Shown: in pieces, positions 39,097 through 49,199 of the stretch
Layout of the letters: each line of letters begins with the position of its first letter
How positions within the stretch are numbered: the first letter of the stretch is position 1
From: Syntrophomonadaceae bacterium
GTDB taxonomy: Bacteria > Bacillota > Dethiobacteria > DTU022
Reading direction: 5' to 3'
NCBI GenBank assembly: GCA_007121075.1
Contig: SKMK01000042.1
Location: 2,098-66,097, forward strand
DNA length: 64,000 nt
Translations under genes and position numbers: made by a program
The notes under the pieces: generated by a model
Databases searched by the model: none
What the model saw: the letters and a program-made list of their open reading frames with translations, nothing else
Told to the model about the DNA's origin: nothing

Positions 39097-40101
39097 ATGA
39101 TTATTGATGATACAATTTATGGCTATGCGGTAGCGCGGGTAAAGGCCATGGAAACGCACCTGCTTGATCAAGGCCAGTTTGAGAGGATGATCAATTCCTC
39201 CACAACAGAAGAGGCTTTAAAAGTCCTGTCTGAAACGGGGTACTCCGCCGCTGTAGCAGAACTGGATGATGTCCATAACTTTGAAAATATTTTAGCGGAT
39301 GAATTGAGCTACATTTTTAATACCGTTCTTAAGATCAGCCCTATTCCCGAACTGATCGGGATGCTGGCCTTGCGGTATGACATCCATAACCTGAAGGTAC
39401 TGTTCAAAGCTAAATTTCTGGGGGTTAAAAGTGATCTTTTAATCCCGGTTGGTTCCATGGACTTATCCAAGTTGGAAAACGCTGTCAGTGAAGATAATTT
39501 CCTGTTGCTGCCTGAAAAGCTGCGCCGGGCCGCCAACGTTATTAATGAAGACTTTATGATCAACCGTGACCCCCAGATTATCGATTTGATCCTGGACCGG
39601 GTCCTTTATGATCAGCTGATTGATGCCGCCAGGGAACATAATGCACCATTTTTGGAGGGAATGTTTGTCAGGCAGATCGATTTAACCAACCTGAAAACAT
39701 TGATTCGGGTTAAGCGAATGGGCCTGAGCAGGGATTTCCTGGCCAGGGTCCTGCTGCCGAATGGAACACTGGCCGTCGACCGGCTGACGGCCATGATCGA
39801 AGAACCCCTGGAGTCCTTAATTTCAATGCTTGCCATAAGCGATTATGCCGACCTGGTTGGTGAAGGGGTGAGGGAGTGGTCGGAAAAAGGTTCGGCCTCA
39901 ACCCTGGAAAAACTATCTGATGATTATATAACCACTTACCTTAAAGAAGGAAAGTGGGTGCCCTTCGGCGTGGAACCCCTGGTTGGTTACCTGTGGGCCA
40001 AAGAAATAGAGATCAAAAATATCCGCATTGTTTTGGTGGGCAAGATTAACAGGCTGCCTGCTGAATCGATCAGGGAGCGAATTAGAGATGCCTACATATA
40101 A
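39097..40101 (+). CDS. ntpC: V/A-type ATPase subunit C
   Basis: YAVARVKAME, YDIHNLK, KEIEIKNIRI. Confidence 0.92.
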   Translation: MIIDDTIYGYAVARVKAMETHLLDQGQFERMINSSTTEEALKVLSETGYSAAVAELDDVHNFENILADELSYIFNTVLKISPIPELIGMLALRYDIHNLKVLFKAKFLGVKSDLLIPVGSMDLSKLENAVSEDNFLLLPEKLRRAANVINEDFMINRDPQIIDLILDRVLYDQLIDAAREHNAPFLEGMFVRQIDLTNLKTLIRVKRMGLSRDFLARVLLPNGTLAVDRLTAMIEEPLESLISMLAISDYADLVGEGVREWSEKGSASTLEKLSDDYITTYLKEGKWVPFGVEPLVGYLWAKEIEIKNIRIVLVGKINRLPAESIRERIRDAYI

Positions 40102-40420
40102 AATTGCCGTTATTGGAGATAAAGACTCTATACTCGGATTTAAAACTATTGGCGTGGATACATTTCCGGTAACCAGTGCTCAAGCGGCACTTGATACCCT
40201 TAAAAAGCTGGTCTCTGAAAATTATGGGGTTATTTTTATCACCGAAGAATTGGCCCAGGGGATTCCGGATGTAATTAACGAGTTGCATAAGCGTTACTTA
40301 CCGACGGTTGTATTAATCCCAAACAGTAAGGGATCCCTGGGGATTGGAATTGAGCAAATAAGGAAAAATGTCGAAAAAGCAATTGGTGCAGACATTCTTT
40401 TCAGGAAAGAAGGTCGATAA
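40088..40420 (+). CDS. ntpG: V/A-type ATPase subunit F
   Basis: [24 protein letters not shown]. Confidence 0.93.
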   Translation: MPTYKIAVIGDKDSILGFKTIGVDTFPVTSAQAALDTLKKLVSENYGVIFITEELAQGIPDVINELHKRYLPTVVLIPNSKGSLGIGIEQIRKNVEKAIGADILFRKEGR

Positions 40421-40421
40421 T

Positions 40422-42206
40422 TTGGATGCAGGAAGGATTGTAAAAGTATCCGGCCCCCTTGTTGTAGCGGATAAAATGGGTGCAGCCCGGATGTACGATA
40501 TGGTCAGGGTCAGCGAGGCACGCCTGATGGGTGAAATTGTCGAGTTGCGCGGTGACGAGGCCTCTATACAGGTATACGAGGAAACCGGTGGAATCGGTCC
40601 CGGTGAACCCGTATATATTACCGGGGAACCACTTAGTGTTGAACTGGGACCCGGTATGATCGAATCATTTTTTGACGGGGTCCAGCGTCCGCTTGACGGA
40701 ATTAAAGCAAAGGCGGGCGATTATATTACCCGGGGCGTGGAAATTCCCGCTTTAGATCGTGAGCGCAAGTGGGATTTTAAGCCTACAGTCAAGGAAGGAG
40801 ACCAGGTCCAGGCCGGAGACATTATCGGCACGATCCAGGAAACCACTATTGTTGAACACCGGATCATGGTTCCGGCCAATTATCCTGCGGGAACCATTAA
40901 AGACATTAAAAACGGTGAATCGACTGTAACGGATGTTATAGCCAAGCTGGAAACAGATGATGGGGATTATGATATCACCATGCTCCAGCGGTGGCCTGTT
41001 CGTAAGGGCCGGCCCTACAAAGAAAAAATGGGACCTCACATTCCTTTGATCACCGGCCAACGGATCCTGGACACTTTTTTCCCGGTGGCCAAAGGGGGAA
41101 CCGCCTGTATTCCCGGGCCTTTCGGCAGCGGAAAGACGGTTACCCAGCACCAGCTGGCCAAGTGGGCCGATGCGGAAATAGTGGTTTACATCGGCTGCGG
41201 CGAACGCGGCAATGAGATGACCGACGTCCTTTTGGAATTCCCGGAGCTGCAGGACCCCAAATCCGGTGAACCCCTGATGAAACGGACGGTTTTAATTGCC
41301 AATACATCGAACATGCCGGTGGCGGCCCGCGAGGCTTCCATTTATACCGGTATTACCATTGCTGAATACTTCAGGGATATGGGCTACAGCGTCGCCCTGA
41401 TGGCGGACTCCACTTCCCGCTGGGCCGAAGCGCTCCGCGAAATGTCGGGCCGCCTCGAAGAAATGCCCGGGGAAGAGGGTTACCCGGCTTACCTCGGTTC
41501 ACGACTGGCCGACTTTTATGAGCGTTCGGGCCGGACCGTCTGCCTGGGCAATGCAGACAGGGAAGGCGCCCTGACCCTGGTTGGTGCGGTATCTCCACCG
41601 GGCGGTGACCTCTCTGAGCCGGTTTCACAGGGCACTCTGCGTATTGTCAAGGTGTTCTGGGGCCTGGATGCTTCTCTTGCCTACCGGCGCCACTTCCCGG
41701 CCATTAACTGGCTCTTGAGTTATTCGCTGTACCTGGACAATGTTGCACCCTACTTCAGGGAAACCATTGGTGAACAGTGGAATGAAATGCGCAGGGAAGC
41801 AATGCGCCTGCTCCAGGAAGAATCTGAGCTGGAAGAAATCGTGCGGCTGGTAGGCATCGATGCCCTTTCCGCAAAAGAAAGACTGGTCCTTGAAACCTCC
41901 AAATCGCTGCGGGAAGATTTTCTGCACCAGAATGCCATGCACGAAATTGACACCTACAGCTCCCTGGAGAAACAGTTTGCCATGATGGATTTAATTCTTA
42001 GCTACCATCACGAAGCGGGAGCGGTGATAGAAAAAGCCGAAATTGATTTGGACCTGGAACAACTATTTTCGCTACCGGTCCGGGAAAGGATAGCCCGGGC
42101 CCGGTATATGCCGGAAGAGAAAATAAAAGAAATGGAAGATATAAAACGGGAAATCAAAGATCAGGTAGCCCCGTTAGCCGGTGAAGGAGGAGAAGAAGAT
42201 GCTTAA
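40422..42206 (+). CDS. ntpA: V/A-type ATPase catalytic subunit A
   Basis: [28 protein letters not shown]. Confidence 0.97.
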   Translation: MDAGRIVKVSGPLVVADKMGAARMYDMVRVSEARLMGEIVELRGDEASIQVYEETGGIGPGEPVYITGEPLSVELGPGMIESFFDGVQRPLDGIKAKAGDYITRGVEIPALDRERKWDFKPTVKEGDQVQAGDIIGTIQETTIVEHRIMVPANYPAGTIKDIKNGESTVTDVIAKLETDDGDYDITMLQRWPVRKGRPYKEKMGPHIPLITGQRILDTFFPVAKGGTACIPGPFGSGKTVTQHQLAKWADAEIVVYIGCGERGNEMTDVLLEFPELQDPKSGEPLMKRTVLIANTSNMPVAAREASIYTGITIAEYFRDMGYSVALMADSTSRWAEALREMSGRLEEMPGEEGYPAYLGSRLADFYERSGRTVCLGNADREGALTLVGAVSPPGGDLSEPVSQGTLRIVKVFWGLDASLAYRRHFPAINWLLSYSLYLDNVAPYFRETIGEQWNEMRREAMRLLQEESELEEIVRLVGIDALSAKERLVLETSKSLREDFLHQNAMHEIDTYSSLEKQFAMMDLILSYHHEAGAVIEKAEIDLDLEQLFSLPVRERIARARYMPEEKIKEMEDIKREIKDQVAPLAGEGGEEDA

Positions 42207-43593
42207 AGAATATAAAACTGTTGCCGATGTAGCCGGACCCCTGATGCTGGTGGAGCAGGTGGAAGGTGTGAAATACAACGAGCTAACTGAGATTGAATTG
42301 CCCGGAGGAGATATCCGGCGGGGACAGGTCCTGGAAATAGACCGTGACAGGGCGCTGGTCCAGATTTTTGAGGGTTCCACCGGCCTAAATATTGGGACGG
42401 CGAAAGTCCGTTTCCAGGGCAAGGCTATTGAACTGCCCGTCTCCATGGACTTGCTGGGGCGGGTGTTTAGCGGATTGGGTGCGCCCCGCGATCAGGGCCC
42501 CAAAATTATCCCCGATAAGCGGCTGGATATTAACGGATTCCCGATCAATCCCTACGCCCGTGACTACCCCTCGGAATTTATCCAGACCGGGGTATCGGCC
42601 ATTGATGGCATGAATACGATGGTGCGCGGCCAGAAGCTGCCAATCTTTTCCAGTTCAGGTCTGCCCCACTCCAACCTGGCCGCCCAGATTGCCAGGCAAT
42701 CCAAGGTGCTTGGATCGGAAGCAAAGTTTGCCGTTGTTTTTGCCGCCATGGGTATTACTTTTGAAGAAGCGGATTTCTTTATCAATGATTTTCGCAAGAC
42801 CGGCGCTATTGAACACTCCATCCTTTTTATCAACCTGGCCGACGACCCGGCCATTGAAAGGATCTCTACACCGCGCATTGCCCTGACGGCGGCGGAATAC
42901 CTGGCATATGAACAGGATATGCATGTTTTGGTTATTCTTACCGATATGACCAACTATGCAGAAGCCCTGAGAGAGATATCGGCCGCCCGCAAAGAAGTTC
43001 CGGGGCGCCGCGGTTATCCGGGTTATCTCTATACGGACCTGGCCAGCCTTTATGAAAGAGCTGGTAGGATCCAGGGACGCAAAGGTTCGATTACCCAGCT
43101 TCCCATTCTGACTATGCCGGAAAATGACAAGACCCACCCGATCCCTGACTTGACCGGCTATATTACCGAAGGGCAGATTATTCTGAGCCAGGAACTGCAC
43201 CGTAAAGGTATCTATCCCCCCATCGATGTTTTGCCTTCCCTGTCCAGGCTCAAGGATAAGGGTATTGGCGCCGACCAGACCAGGGAAGACCATGCCGATA
43301 CCATGAATCAGCTTTATGCAGCCTATGCCCGGGGCAAAGAAGCCAAGGAATTGGCTGCCATCCTCGGGGAAGCAGCCCTGTCAGAGGCGGACAAGAAATT
43401 TTCTCGATTTGCCGACGAGTTTGAAAGCCGTTATGTGGCCCAGGGTGAAGAAGAAGATCGCACCGTTATCGAAACACTCGAACTGGGCTGGGAACTGCTG
43501 GCTCTCCTGCCGCGCGTCGAACTGAAGCGTGTCCGTGACGAATACCTTGAGAAATATCTGCCCGCTCAGGAGTCCGACCGGGAGGAGGGTTAG
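42199..43593 (+). CDS. ntpB: V/A-type ATPase subunit B
   Basis: [35 protein letters not shown]. Confidence 0.97.
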   Translation: MLKEYKTVADVAGPLMLVEQVEGVKYNELTEIELPGGDIRRGQVLEIDRDRALVQIFEGSTGLNIGTAKVRFQGKAIELPVSMDLLGRVFSGLGAPRDQGPKIIPDKRLDINGFPINPYARDYPSEFIQTGVSAIDGMNTMVRGQKLPIFSSSGLPHSNLAAQIARQSKVLGSEAKFAVVFAAMGITFEEADFFINDFRKTGAIEHSILFINLADDPAIERISTPRIALTAAEYLAYEQDMHVLVILTDMTNYAEALREISAARKEVPGRRGYPGYLYTDLASLYERAGRIQGRKGSITQLPILTMPENDKTHPIPDLTGYITEGQIILSQELHRKGIYPPIDVLPSLSRLKDKGIGADQTREDHADTMNQLYAAYARGKEAKELAAILGEAALSEADKKFSRFADEFESRYVAQGEEEDRTVIETLELGWELLALLPRVELKRVRDEYLEKYLPAQESDREEG

Positions 43594-43598
43594 GTCAT

Positions 43599-44243
43599 AT
43601 GGAAATACAGGTTAATCCAACCCGCATGGAGTTAAACCGCCTTAAAAGAAGGCTGACCATGGCTCAGCGGGGGCACAAACTGCTTAAAGACAAAAGAGAT
43701 GAACTGATCCGCCAGTTTATGATCCTGGTGCGGAAGAATAAAGATCTCCGTGAGCATATCGAGAAAGAACTCACTGATGCTTTTGCCAAATTCCTGCTGG
43801 CCAGGGCGGTCATGCCTGCTGAGAACCTGGAAGAAGCCCTGATGTATCCAACTAAAGTCCTGCGGCTGGAAATGCACAGGCAGAACATTATGAGTGTTTA
43901 CACGCCCAAGTTTGATTGGGCGGAAGAGGAGGCGGGTGGAGGAGAAGGGTCCAGCATTTACCCTTATGGCTTTGTCGATACTTCGGCGGAACTTGATACT
44001 TCCATTGAAACCCTTTCCAACATTTTGCCCCAGCTGATGGAACTTGCCGAGGTGGAAAAGTCGGTCCAGCTGATGGCAGAAGAAATTGAAAAGACCCGCC
44101 GTCGGGTTAATGCTCTTGAGTATGTTTTGATCCCCAGGCTGGAAGAAACGATCAAGTATATAACCATGAAGCTCGATGAAAGCGAAAGAGGAGCGCTGAC
44201 CCGCCTGATGAAGGTGAAAGATATTGTGCGGGCCAAAACTTAG
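43599..44243 (+). CDS. ntpD: V/A-type ATPase subunit D
   Basis: NPTRMEL, GHKLLKDKRD, TRRRVNALE. Confidence 0.96.
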   Translation: MEIQVNPTRMELNRLKRRLTMAQRGHKLLKDKRDELIRQFMILVRKNKDLREHIEKELTDAFAKFLLARAVMPAENLEEALMYPTKVLRLEMHRQNIMSVYTPKFDWAEEEAGGGEGSSIYPYGFVDTSAELDTSIETLSNILPQLMELAEVEKSVQLMAEEIEKTRRRVNALEYVLIPRLEETIKYITMKLDESERGALTRLMKVKDIVRAKT

Positions 44244-44388
44244 TCTGCTAATTGTATGATCCAGTTTATATGAAGCTTACTATAAAATTTGTTATTTCGA
44301 ACTATGCAGCAACACCTGGTTTAGACCAGGTTGGGCTTGATATGCCTGACCGGAGAAGAATCAAGACCACACAAAAAGGAACATCTAG

Positions 44389-45687
44389 TTGATGAATGAA
44401 CTGTTAATCCGGGGAGGCGTACCGCTCCACGGAAGTGTAAAAGTAAAAGGATCAAAAAATGCCAGCCTGCCGGTTATAGCTGCTTCACTGCTTACCGATG
44501 GGCCGGTTGTCATAGAAGAAGTGCCGGATTTACTCGACGTGCGCACCATGATTGAAGTAGTTAAATCACTTCATGCCGATGTGAATTATGATTCTTCCCG
44601 GGAAAAGCTTGAGATTAATGCCGGCAGTATAAAGAACCAGGAGCCATCATGCGAACTGGTTCAAAATATGCGTGCTTCTTTCCTGGTTTTGGGCCCCCTA
44701 TTGGCCCGGTTTGGAAAAGCCAGGATCACCCTGCCCGGAGGCTGTGCGATCGGTTCCAGGCCGATCGATCTTCACCTTAAAGGCCTGGCCGGGATGGGGG
44801 TGGAGTTTTCTGTTTCTGGCGGTATGATCGAAGCCAGGACAGATCGATTGAGGGGAGAAAGAATCTACCTGGATTATCCCAGTGTTGGTGCTACTGAAAA
44901 TATAATGATGGCCGCTGCCATGGCAGAAGGCACGACCTATATTGAAAATGCCGCTTCAGAGCCCGAAATTGTTGACCTGGCCAACTTTCTGAACAGTGCC
45001 GGTGCCCGGATCAGCGGAGCCGGCATGAAATCAATTCGTATCAAAGGTACAGGCGGGCTGAACGGGACCAGCCATTCTGTTATTCCCGACCGGATTGAAG
45101 CAGGGACCTTGATCTTAAGCGCGGCTGTTACTGGTGGAGACGTGGTGGTTAATAATGTGTTGACCGATCATATAAGCCCCCTGGTGGCAAAATTAAAAGA
45201 AACCGGTGTTTATATAGAAGAGGTTGATATCTCTGCGGTCCGGATTAAAAAGGGTGGCCGAACCAGAGGGGTGGATTTGAAAACCCTTCCTTACCCTGGC
45301 TTCCCAACTGATCTGCAGCCGCAATTTATGACCTTACTGGCTCTGTCTGAAGGGACCAGCCTGGTTACAGAGACTGTATTTGAAAACAGGTTCATGCATG
45401 TTGACGGCCTCCTCAGGATGGATGCAGATGTTATTGTTGAAGGCAACCGGGCTGTTGTCCAGGGCCGCAATGCCCTACAGGGGGCCACGGTCCAGGCTTC
45501 TGATTTAAGGGCTTCCGCCGCCCTGCTGCTGGCGGGTCTGGCAGCTGAAGGGACAACGATTGTTTCCAATATAGATTACCTGTGGAGGGGGCACAGCGGC
45601 CTGGAAGAAAGGTTGAGCGGCCTGGGGGCACAGATTGAATGGCGGACTTCTTCGGACCAGGAACAGCTTGAAATCTCAGGTGAATAA
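44389..45687 (+). CDS. murA: UDP-N-acetylglucosamine 1-carboxyvinyltransferase (MurAA-like copy)
   Basis: GSKNA, MRASF, LPGGCAIGSRPIDLH, PYPGFPTD; follows the ATPase operon. Confidence 0.95.
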   Translation: MMNELLIRGGVPLHGSVKVKGSKNASLPVIAASLLTDGPVVIEEVPDLLDVRTMIEVVKSLHADVNYDSSREKLEINAGSIKNQEPSCELVQNMRASFLVLGPLLARFGKARITLPGGCAIGSRPIDLHLKGLAGMGVEFSVSGGMIEARTDRLRGERIYLDYPSVGATENIMMAAAMAEGTTYIENAASEPEIVDLANFLNSAGARISGAGMKSIRIKGTGGLNGTSHSVIPDRIEAGTLILSAAVTGGDVVVNNVLTDHISPLVAKLKETGVYIEEVDISAVRIKKGGRTRGVDLKTLPYPGFPTDLQPQFMTLLALSEGTSLVTETVFENRFMHVDGLLRMDADVIVEGNRAVVQGRNALQGATVQASDLRASAALLLAGLAAEGTTIVSNIDYLWRGHSGLEERLSGLGAQIEWRTSSDQEQLEISGE

Positions 45688-45721
45688 CTTCCCATAATAG
45701 CTCTTCTCACGGGCATAGATC

Positions 45722-46774
45722 ATGTACAATTATCCCGGCAATATCCATATTCACAGCAATTACTCCGATGGCAGTGGAAGTGTTGAACAGATCGCTGAAT
45801 CTGCCTCGGCTGCTGGCCTTATGTTTGTCGTGATCTCCGATCATGAAACCCTGGCCGGCCTGCCCGAGGAGTCGATCCGACACGGGGTTGTTATCCTGGT
45901 GGGAGTGGAACTTAACCGCCTCCACAGCCATTACCTGGCTCTTGACTTAACCCAATTAATTGAACCTGATGAAGACAATCCCCAGCGGGTCATAGACCGG
46001 GTCAATGAAGCGGGCGGTTTTGGCTTTATCGCGCACCCGTTTGAAAAGGGTTCACCTTATTTGGAAAAAGGCAAAGCCTATCCCTGGAAAACCTGGCCGG
46101 TGTTTCGATTCAATGGCTTGGAACTGTGGAATTATACTTCTCACTGGCGTGGGCGCCATCCGTCAGCCCTTAAAACCCTGTACTGGTTCTTTTTTAACCG
46201 CAAGGCGGCCATGGATAACCCGCCCCGGGAACTGATAGAACTATGGGACTGTTATACCAGCGCCGGCCACCGGGTAACGGCCATCGGAAGCAGCGACGCC
46301 CATGCTTCTATTTATAACCTCGGGTTTATCAAGATCCCGATTTTTACCTATCGTTATATTTTTTCGACATTAAATACCTATATAACCCTGCCCGAAAAAA
46401 TTAGCAATAACTATCAAACGGCCAAAAGACAGGTGGTGGATGCTTTAATAAACGGGCACTGCTACCTTTCTTTTGACAGCCTTGCCCCGGGAGGGGGCTT
46501 TTCGTTTTACGCTGAAGATAGCCGGGATGTTTATTTTATGGGTTCTGCGCTGCAATACCGGCAAGGTATTACCCTACATTTAAATGCTCCCCGGAAAAAT
46601 AATTCCATCCTGCGTCTGCTAAAACATGGCCGGGTGATCAGGACTGCAGAAGAAACCAGCCTGGCTTTCAGCCCGGGCGGGCCGGGAGTATACAGGGTAG
46701 AAGTATATTATAAGACCCGTTTCGGCCGCCCAAGGCCCTGGATTTATTCTAACCCGATTTACATAGTAAATTGA
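45722..46774 (+). CDS. PHP-domain (CehA/McbA-like) metallohydrolase
   Basis: HIHSNYSDG, SDHE, AHP, GSSDAH, C-terminal WIYSNPI. Confidence 0.82.
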   Translation: MYNYPGNIHIHSNYSDGSGSVEQIAESASAAGLMFVVISDHETLAGLPEESIRHGVVILVGVELNRLHSHYLALDLTQLIEPDEDNPQRVIDRVNEAGGFGFIAHPFEKGSPYLEKGKAYPWKTWPVFRFNGLELWNYTSHWRGRHPSALKTLYWFFFNRKAAMDNPPRELIELWDCYTSAGHRVTAIGSSDAHASIYNLGFIKIPIFTYRYIFSTLNTYITLPEKISNNYQTAKRQVVDALINGHCYLSFDSLAPGGGFSFYAEDSRDVYFMGSALQYRQGITLHLNAPRKNNSILRLLKHGRVIRTAEETSLAFSPGGPGVYRVEVYYKTRFGRPRPWIYSNPIYIVN

Positions 46775-46860
46775 TAAACAACCATTGATATGAACCACAG
46801 CTGTAAGGATTCACTGTTCCGGAAGATTGTTCAATAAGCTCCAGAGATCTAAATTCTTTA

Positions 46861-46889
46861 TTGCAGTAATGCCTTAAATGATATACTAT
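46861..46889 (+). promoter_or_regulatory. Putative sigma-A promoter for the gap leader
   Basis: TTGCAG-17 bp-TACTAT. Confidence 0.55.
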
Positions 46890-46894
46890 TACAG

Positions 46895-47141
46895 GCAGAA
46901 AACAAACGGGAAACAAACGGGGTTTGTTCAGAAAACCCTAACACTACAGCGAAAGATGTAAAATTTGATTAATTTATAGTAGCCGAAGCAGTAATTTATA
47001 GCGAAATAATTGCCATAATAGAAGGTTTTCGTTTAAAAATACTGCAGTTTTTACAAAGAGTTAATGAACTTTCGCTGTAGTACTAAATAGTAAAGGTAAG
47101 TTTTGGCCAGCAAAAATTGAAATCGGATTCTGTTTTTTTGC
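46895..47141 (+). ncRNA. Putative ~250-nt structured RNA upstream of gap
   Basis: Perfect 13-bp stem ACTACAGCGAAAG/CTTTCGCTGTAGT plus further nested stems. Confidence 0.5.
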
Positions 47142-47205
47142 TCTAAGCGCCGGTTTCTATTGTAATCCTGTCAACAGGATAATTAATTCATGAGGAGGTT
47201 GCCTT

Positions 47206-48195
47206 ATGCTAAAGATTGGCATCAATGGTTTTGGCCGTATTGGCAGGCTCACAATGCGCGCCGCCCTCAGCCAGAACCAGGTTAAAGTGGTTGCCATTAA
47301 CGACTTGTCAGACAGTGCGTCTCTGGCCCATCTGCTAAAATACGACTCGGTGTATGGCATACTTAATGCCGAAGTTGAACCCGATGATCAAGGCTTTTTG
47401 ATAAACGGTGAACAAGTTAAAGTTTTTTCGGAAAGAGAGCCGGCGAACATTCCCTGGAAAGAAGCCGGTGTGGATGTAGTCATCGAATCGACCGGCCTTT
47501 TTCGTAAGCGTGACACTGCTTCCGGACATTTCAGCGGTGGAGCGGAACGGGTGATTATCAGCGCTCCGGGTGAAGCCGATCTGGTAGTGGTGCTTGGTGT
47601 AAATGAACACCTTTATGATCCTGAAAACCATTTTCTGATTTCCAACGCATCATGCACGACCAATGCCCTGGCTTTACCTGTTAAGGTCCTTCATGAAAAC
47701 TTTGGTTTAAAACGCGGATTAATGAATACAACCCATGCCTATACCAATGACCAGCAGTTGCTTGACTTTCCGCATTCCGACCTCCGCCGGGCCAGGGCCG
47801 CGGCCCTTTCACTTATTCCAACCACCACCGGCGCTGCCAGGACCGTGGGAGAAGTGATCCCGGAACTAAAAGGTAAAATTGACGGGTTTGCGATCCGGGT
47901 GCCTACTCCAACGGTATCCCTGGTTGATTTCGTGGCTGAACTGGAACAAGAGGCCAGCGTTGATGAAATCAATGAATCTTTTAAAAAAGAGGCATCTACC
48001 TCAGATTACTTTGATTACAGCGATCTGCCCCTGGTATCGGTGGATTACAAGGGCAATCCATATTCGTCAATCATTGACGGTCAATCCACTATGGTGCTGG
48101 GAGGCAACATGGTCCGAGTTCTGGCCTGGTACGACAACGAATGGGCTTACTCTTGCCGGCTGATTGACCTTGCTACAATAATTGCTTCAAATTAG
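47206..48195 (+). CDS. gap: Type I glyceraldehyde-3-phosphate dehydrogenase
   Basis: GINGFGRIGR, SNASCTTN, RRARAAA, WYDNE. Confidence 0.97.
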   Translation: MLKIGINGFGRIGRLTMRAALSQNQVKVVAINDLSDSASLAHLLKYDSVYGILNAEVEPDDQGFLINGEQVKVFSEREPANIPWKEAGVDVVIESTGLFRKRDTASGHFSGGAERVIISAPGEADLVVVLGVNEHLYDPENHFLISNASCTTNALALPVKVLHENFGLKRGLMNTTHAYTNDQQLLDFPHSDLRRARAAALSLIPTTTGAARTVGEVIPELKGKIDGFAIRVPTPTVSLVDFVAELEQEASVDEINESFKKEASTSDYFDYSDLPLVSVDYKGNPYSSIIDGQSTMVLGGNMVRVLAWYDNEWAYSCRLIDLATIIASN

Positions 48196-48210
48196 GAAGG
48201 TATTTCTAAT

Positions 48211-49026
48211 ATGATTGATTTAAGCAAGAGGAGCGGTCTGTCATTATCCTGGGACCCAGACCGGGAGAAGCTCGCCTGCGGAGAAGGGATCTCTACTGAA
48301 GAAGGTACACCCGATGTGCGCAGACGCGCTGACATGCAGGAAATTCTGTATGACGATCAGGCAGAGGAGTTTGACAAGCTGTATTACATATATCGGGGAG
48401 TAGCCCTGAATGAAGACCAGCCGGCGATCAAACAAGCCGGGCTACGCTATGATGTCACAGCTATCCGTCCGGGGAAAATCCGCCGGGAATACATTAAAAC
48501 TGCCGGTCATTACCATCCGGCCAAAGAAGAAACCGGGCTTACCTGGCCGGAAGTCTACGAAGTGCTTCACGGTCGTGCCCATTACCTTATGCAAAGCGCC
48601 GTGCCTGGACACCCCGACCAGCTGGAAGAAATCTATTTGATAGCCGCAAAACCGGGAGATAAAGTATTGATACCGCCTCGTTTCGGCCATATTACCATCA
48701 ATCCGGGAGAAGACTTCTTAATTATGAGCAACTGGGTAGCAGATGGTTTTTCTTCCCTTTATGAACCGATCCGGCAAATGAAGGGTGGCGCCTATTTTGA
48801 GCTGGAAGGAAATGAAGCCCCTGAATTTATCCCTAATACGAATTATACAAAGCTTCCCGCCTTGAAACGCTGTTCGGTTGTACCGGTTGAAGAATTATCC
48901 CTGATCACGGGGCTTCCATTTTACAGCGTATTTAAAGAAAGCAACGATGCCTTTAGATTTTTAACTCATCCTGAAGAATATTCCGGAGTGTTTGAAACAT
49001 ATCTGAAAGAACTGGCTGCCACCTGA
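48211..49026 (+). CDS. Cupin (archaeal-type) glucose-6-phosphate isomerase family protein
   Basis: LRYDVT, KTAGHYH, EVYEVLHG, GHITIN. Confidence 0.85.
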   Translation: MIDLSKRSGLSLSWDPDREKLACGEGISTEEGTPDVRRRADMQEILYDDQAEEFDKLYYIYRGVALNEDQPAIKQAGLRYDVTAIRPGKIRREYIKTAGHYHPAKEETGLTWPEVYEVLHGRAHYLMQSAVPGHPDQLEEIYLIAAKPGDKVLIPPRFGHITINPGEDFLIMSNWVADGFSSLYEPIRQMKGGAYFELEGNEAPEFIPNTNYTKLPALKRCSVVPVEELSLITGLPFYSVFKESNDAFRFLTHPEEYSGVFETYLKELAAT

Positions 49027-49199
49027 CCGGATAGCCGGTTAATTATTTGTTCGGGCTTGCCTTGTTGAGGCCCTGGCCGTATAAGCAGGGTCTTTCCGAT
49101 CAAGCTATAAAAAAGTTCCTGCACGGATTTTATCTTTTTATGACTAATACATTGGTGGATGGTATAATATTTGCTATTAACACCGGAGGTGGTCTCCTG

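Noticed and set aside
42655-43293. 212-aa antisense ORF in ATPase subunit B
   Set aside because: Shadow ORF with no RBS or motif
20684-45687. Two murA copies as a resistance signal
   Set aside because: Two paralogs are normal in Bacillota and both keep the active-site Cys
49047-49199. Upstream extension of DUF39, or a SAM riboswitch here
   Set aside because: The RBS supports TTG 49200, and no S-box consensus is visible
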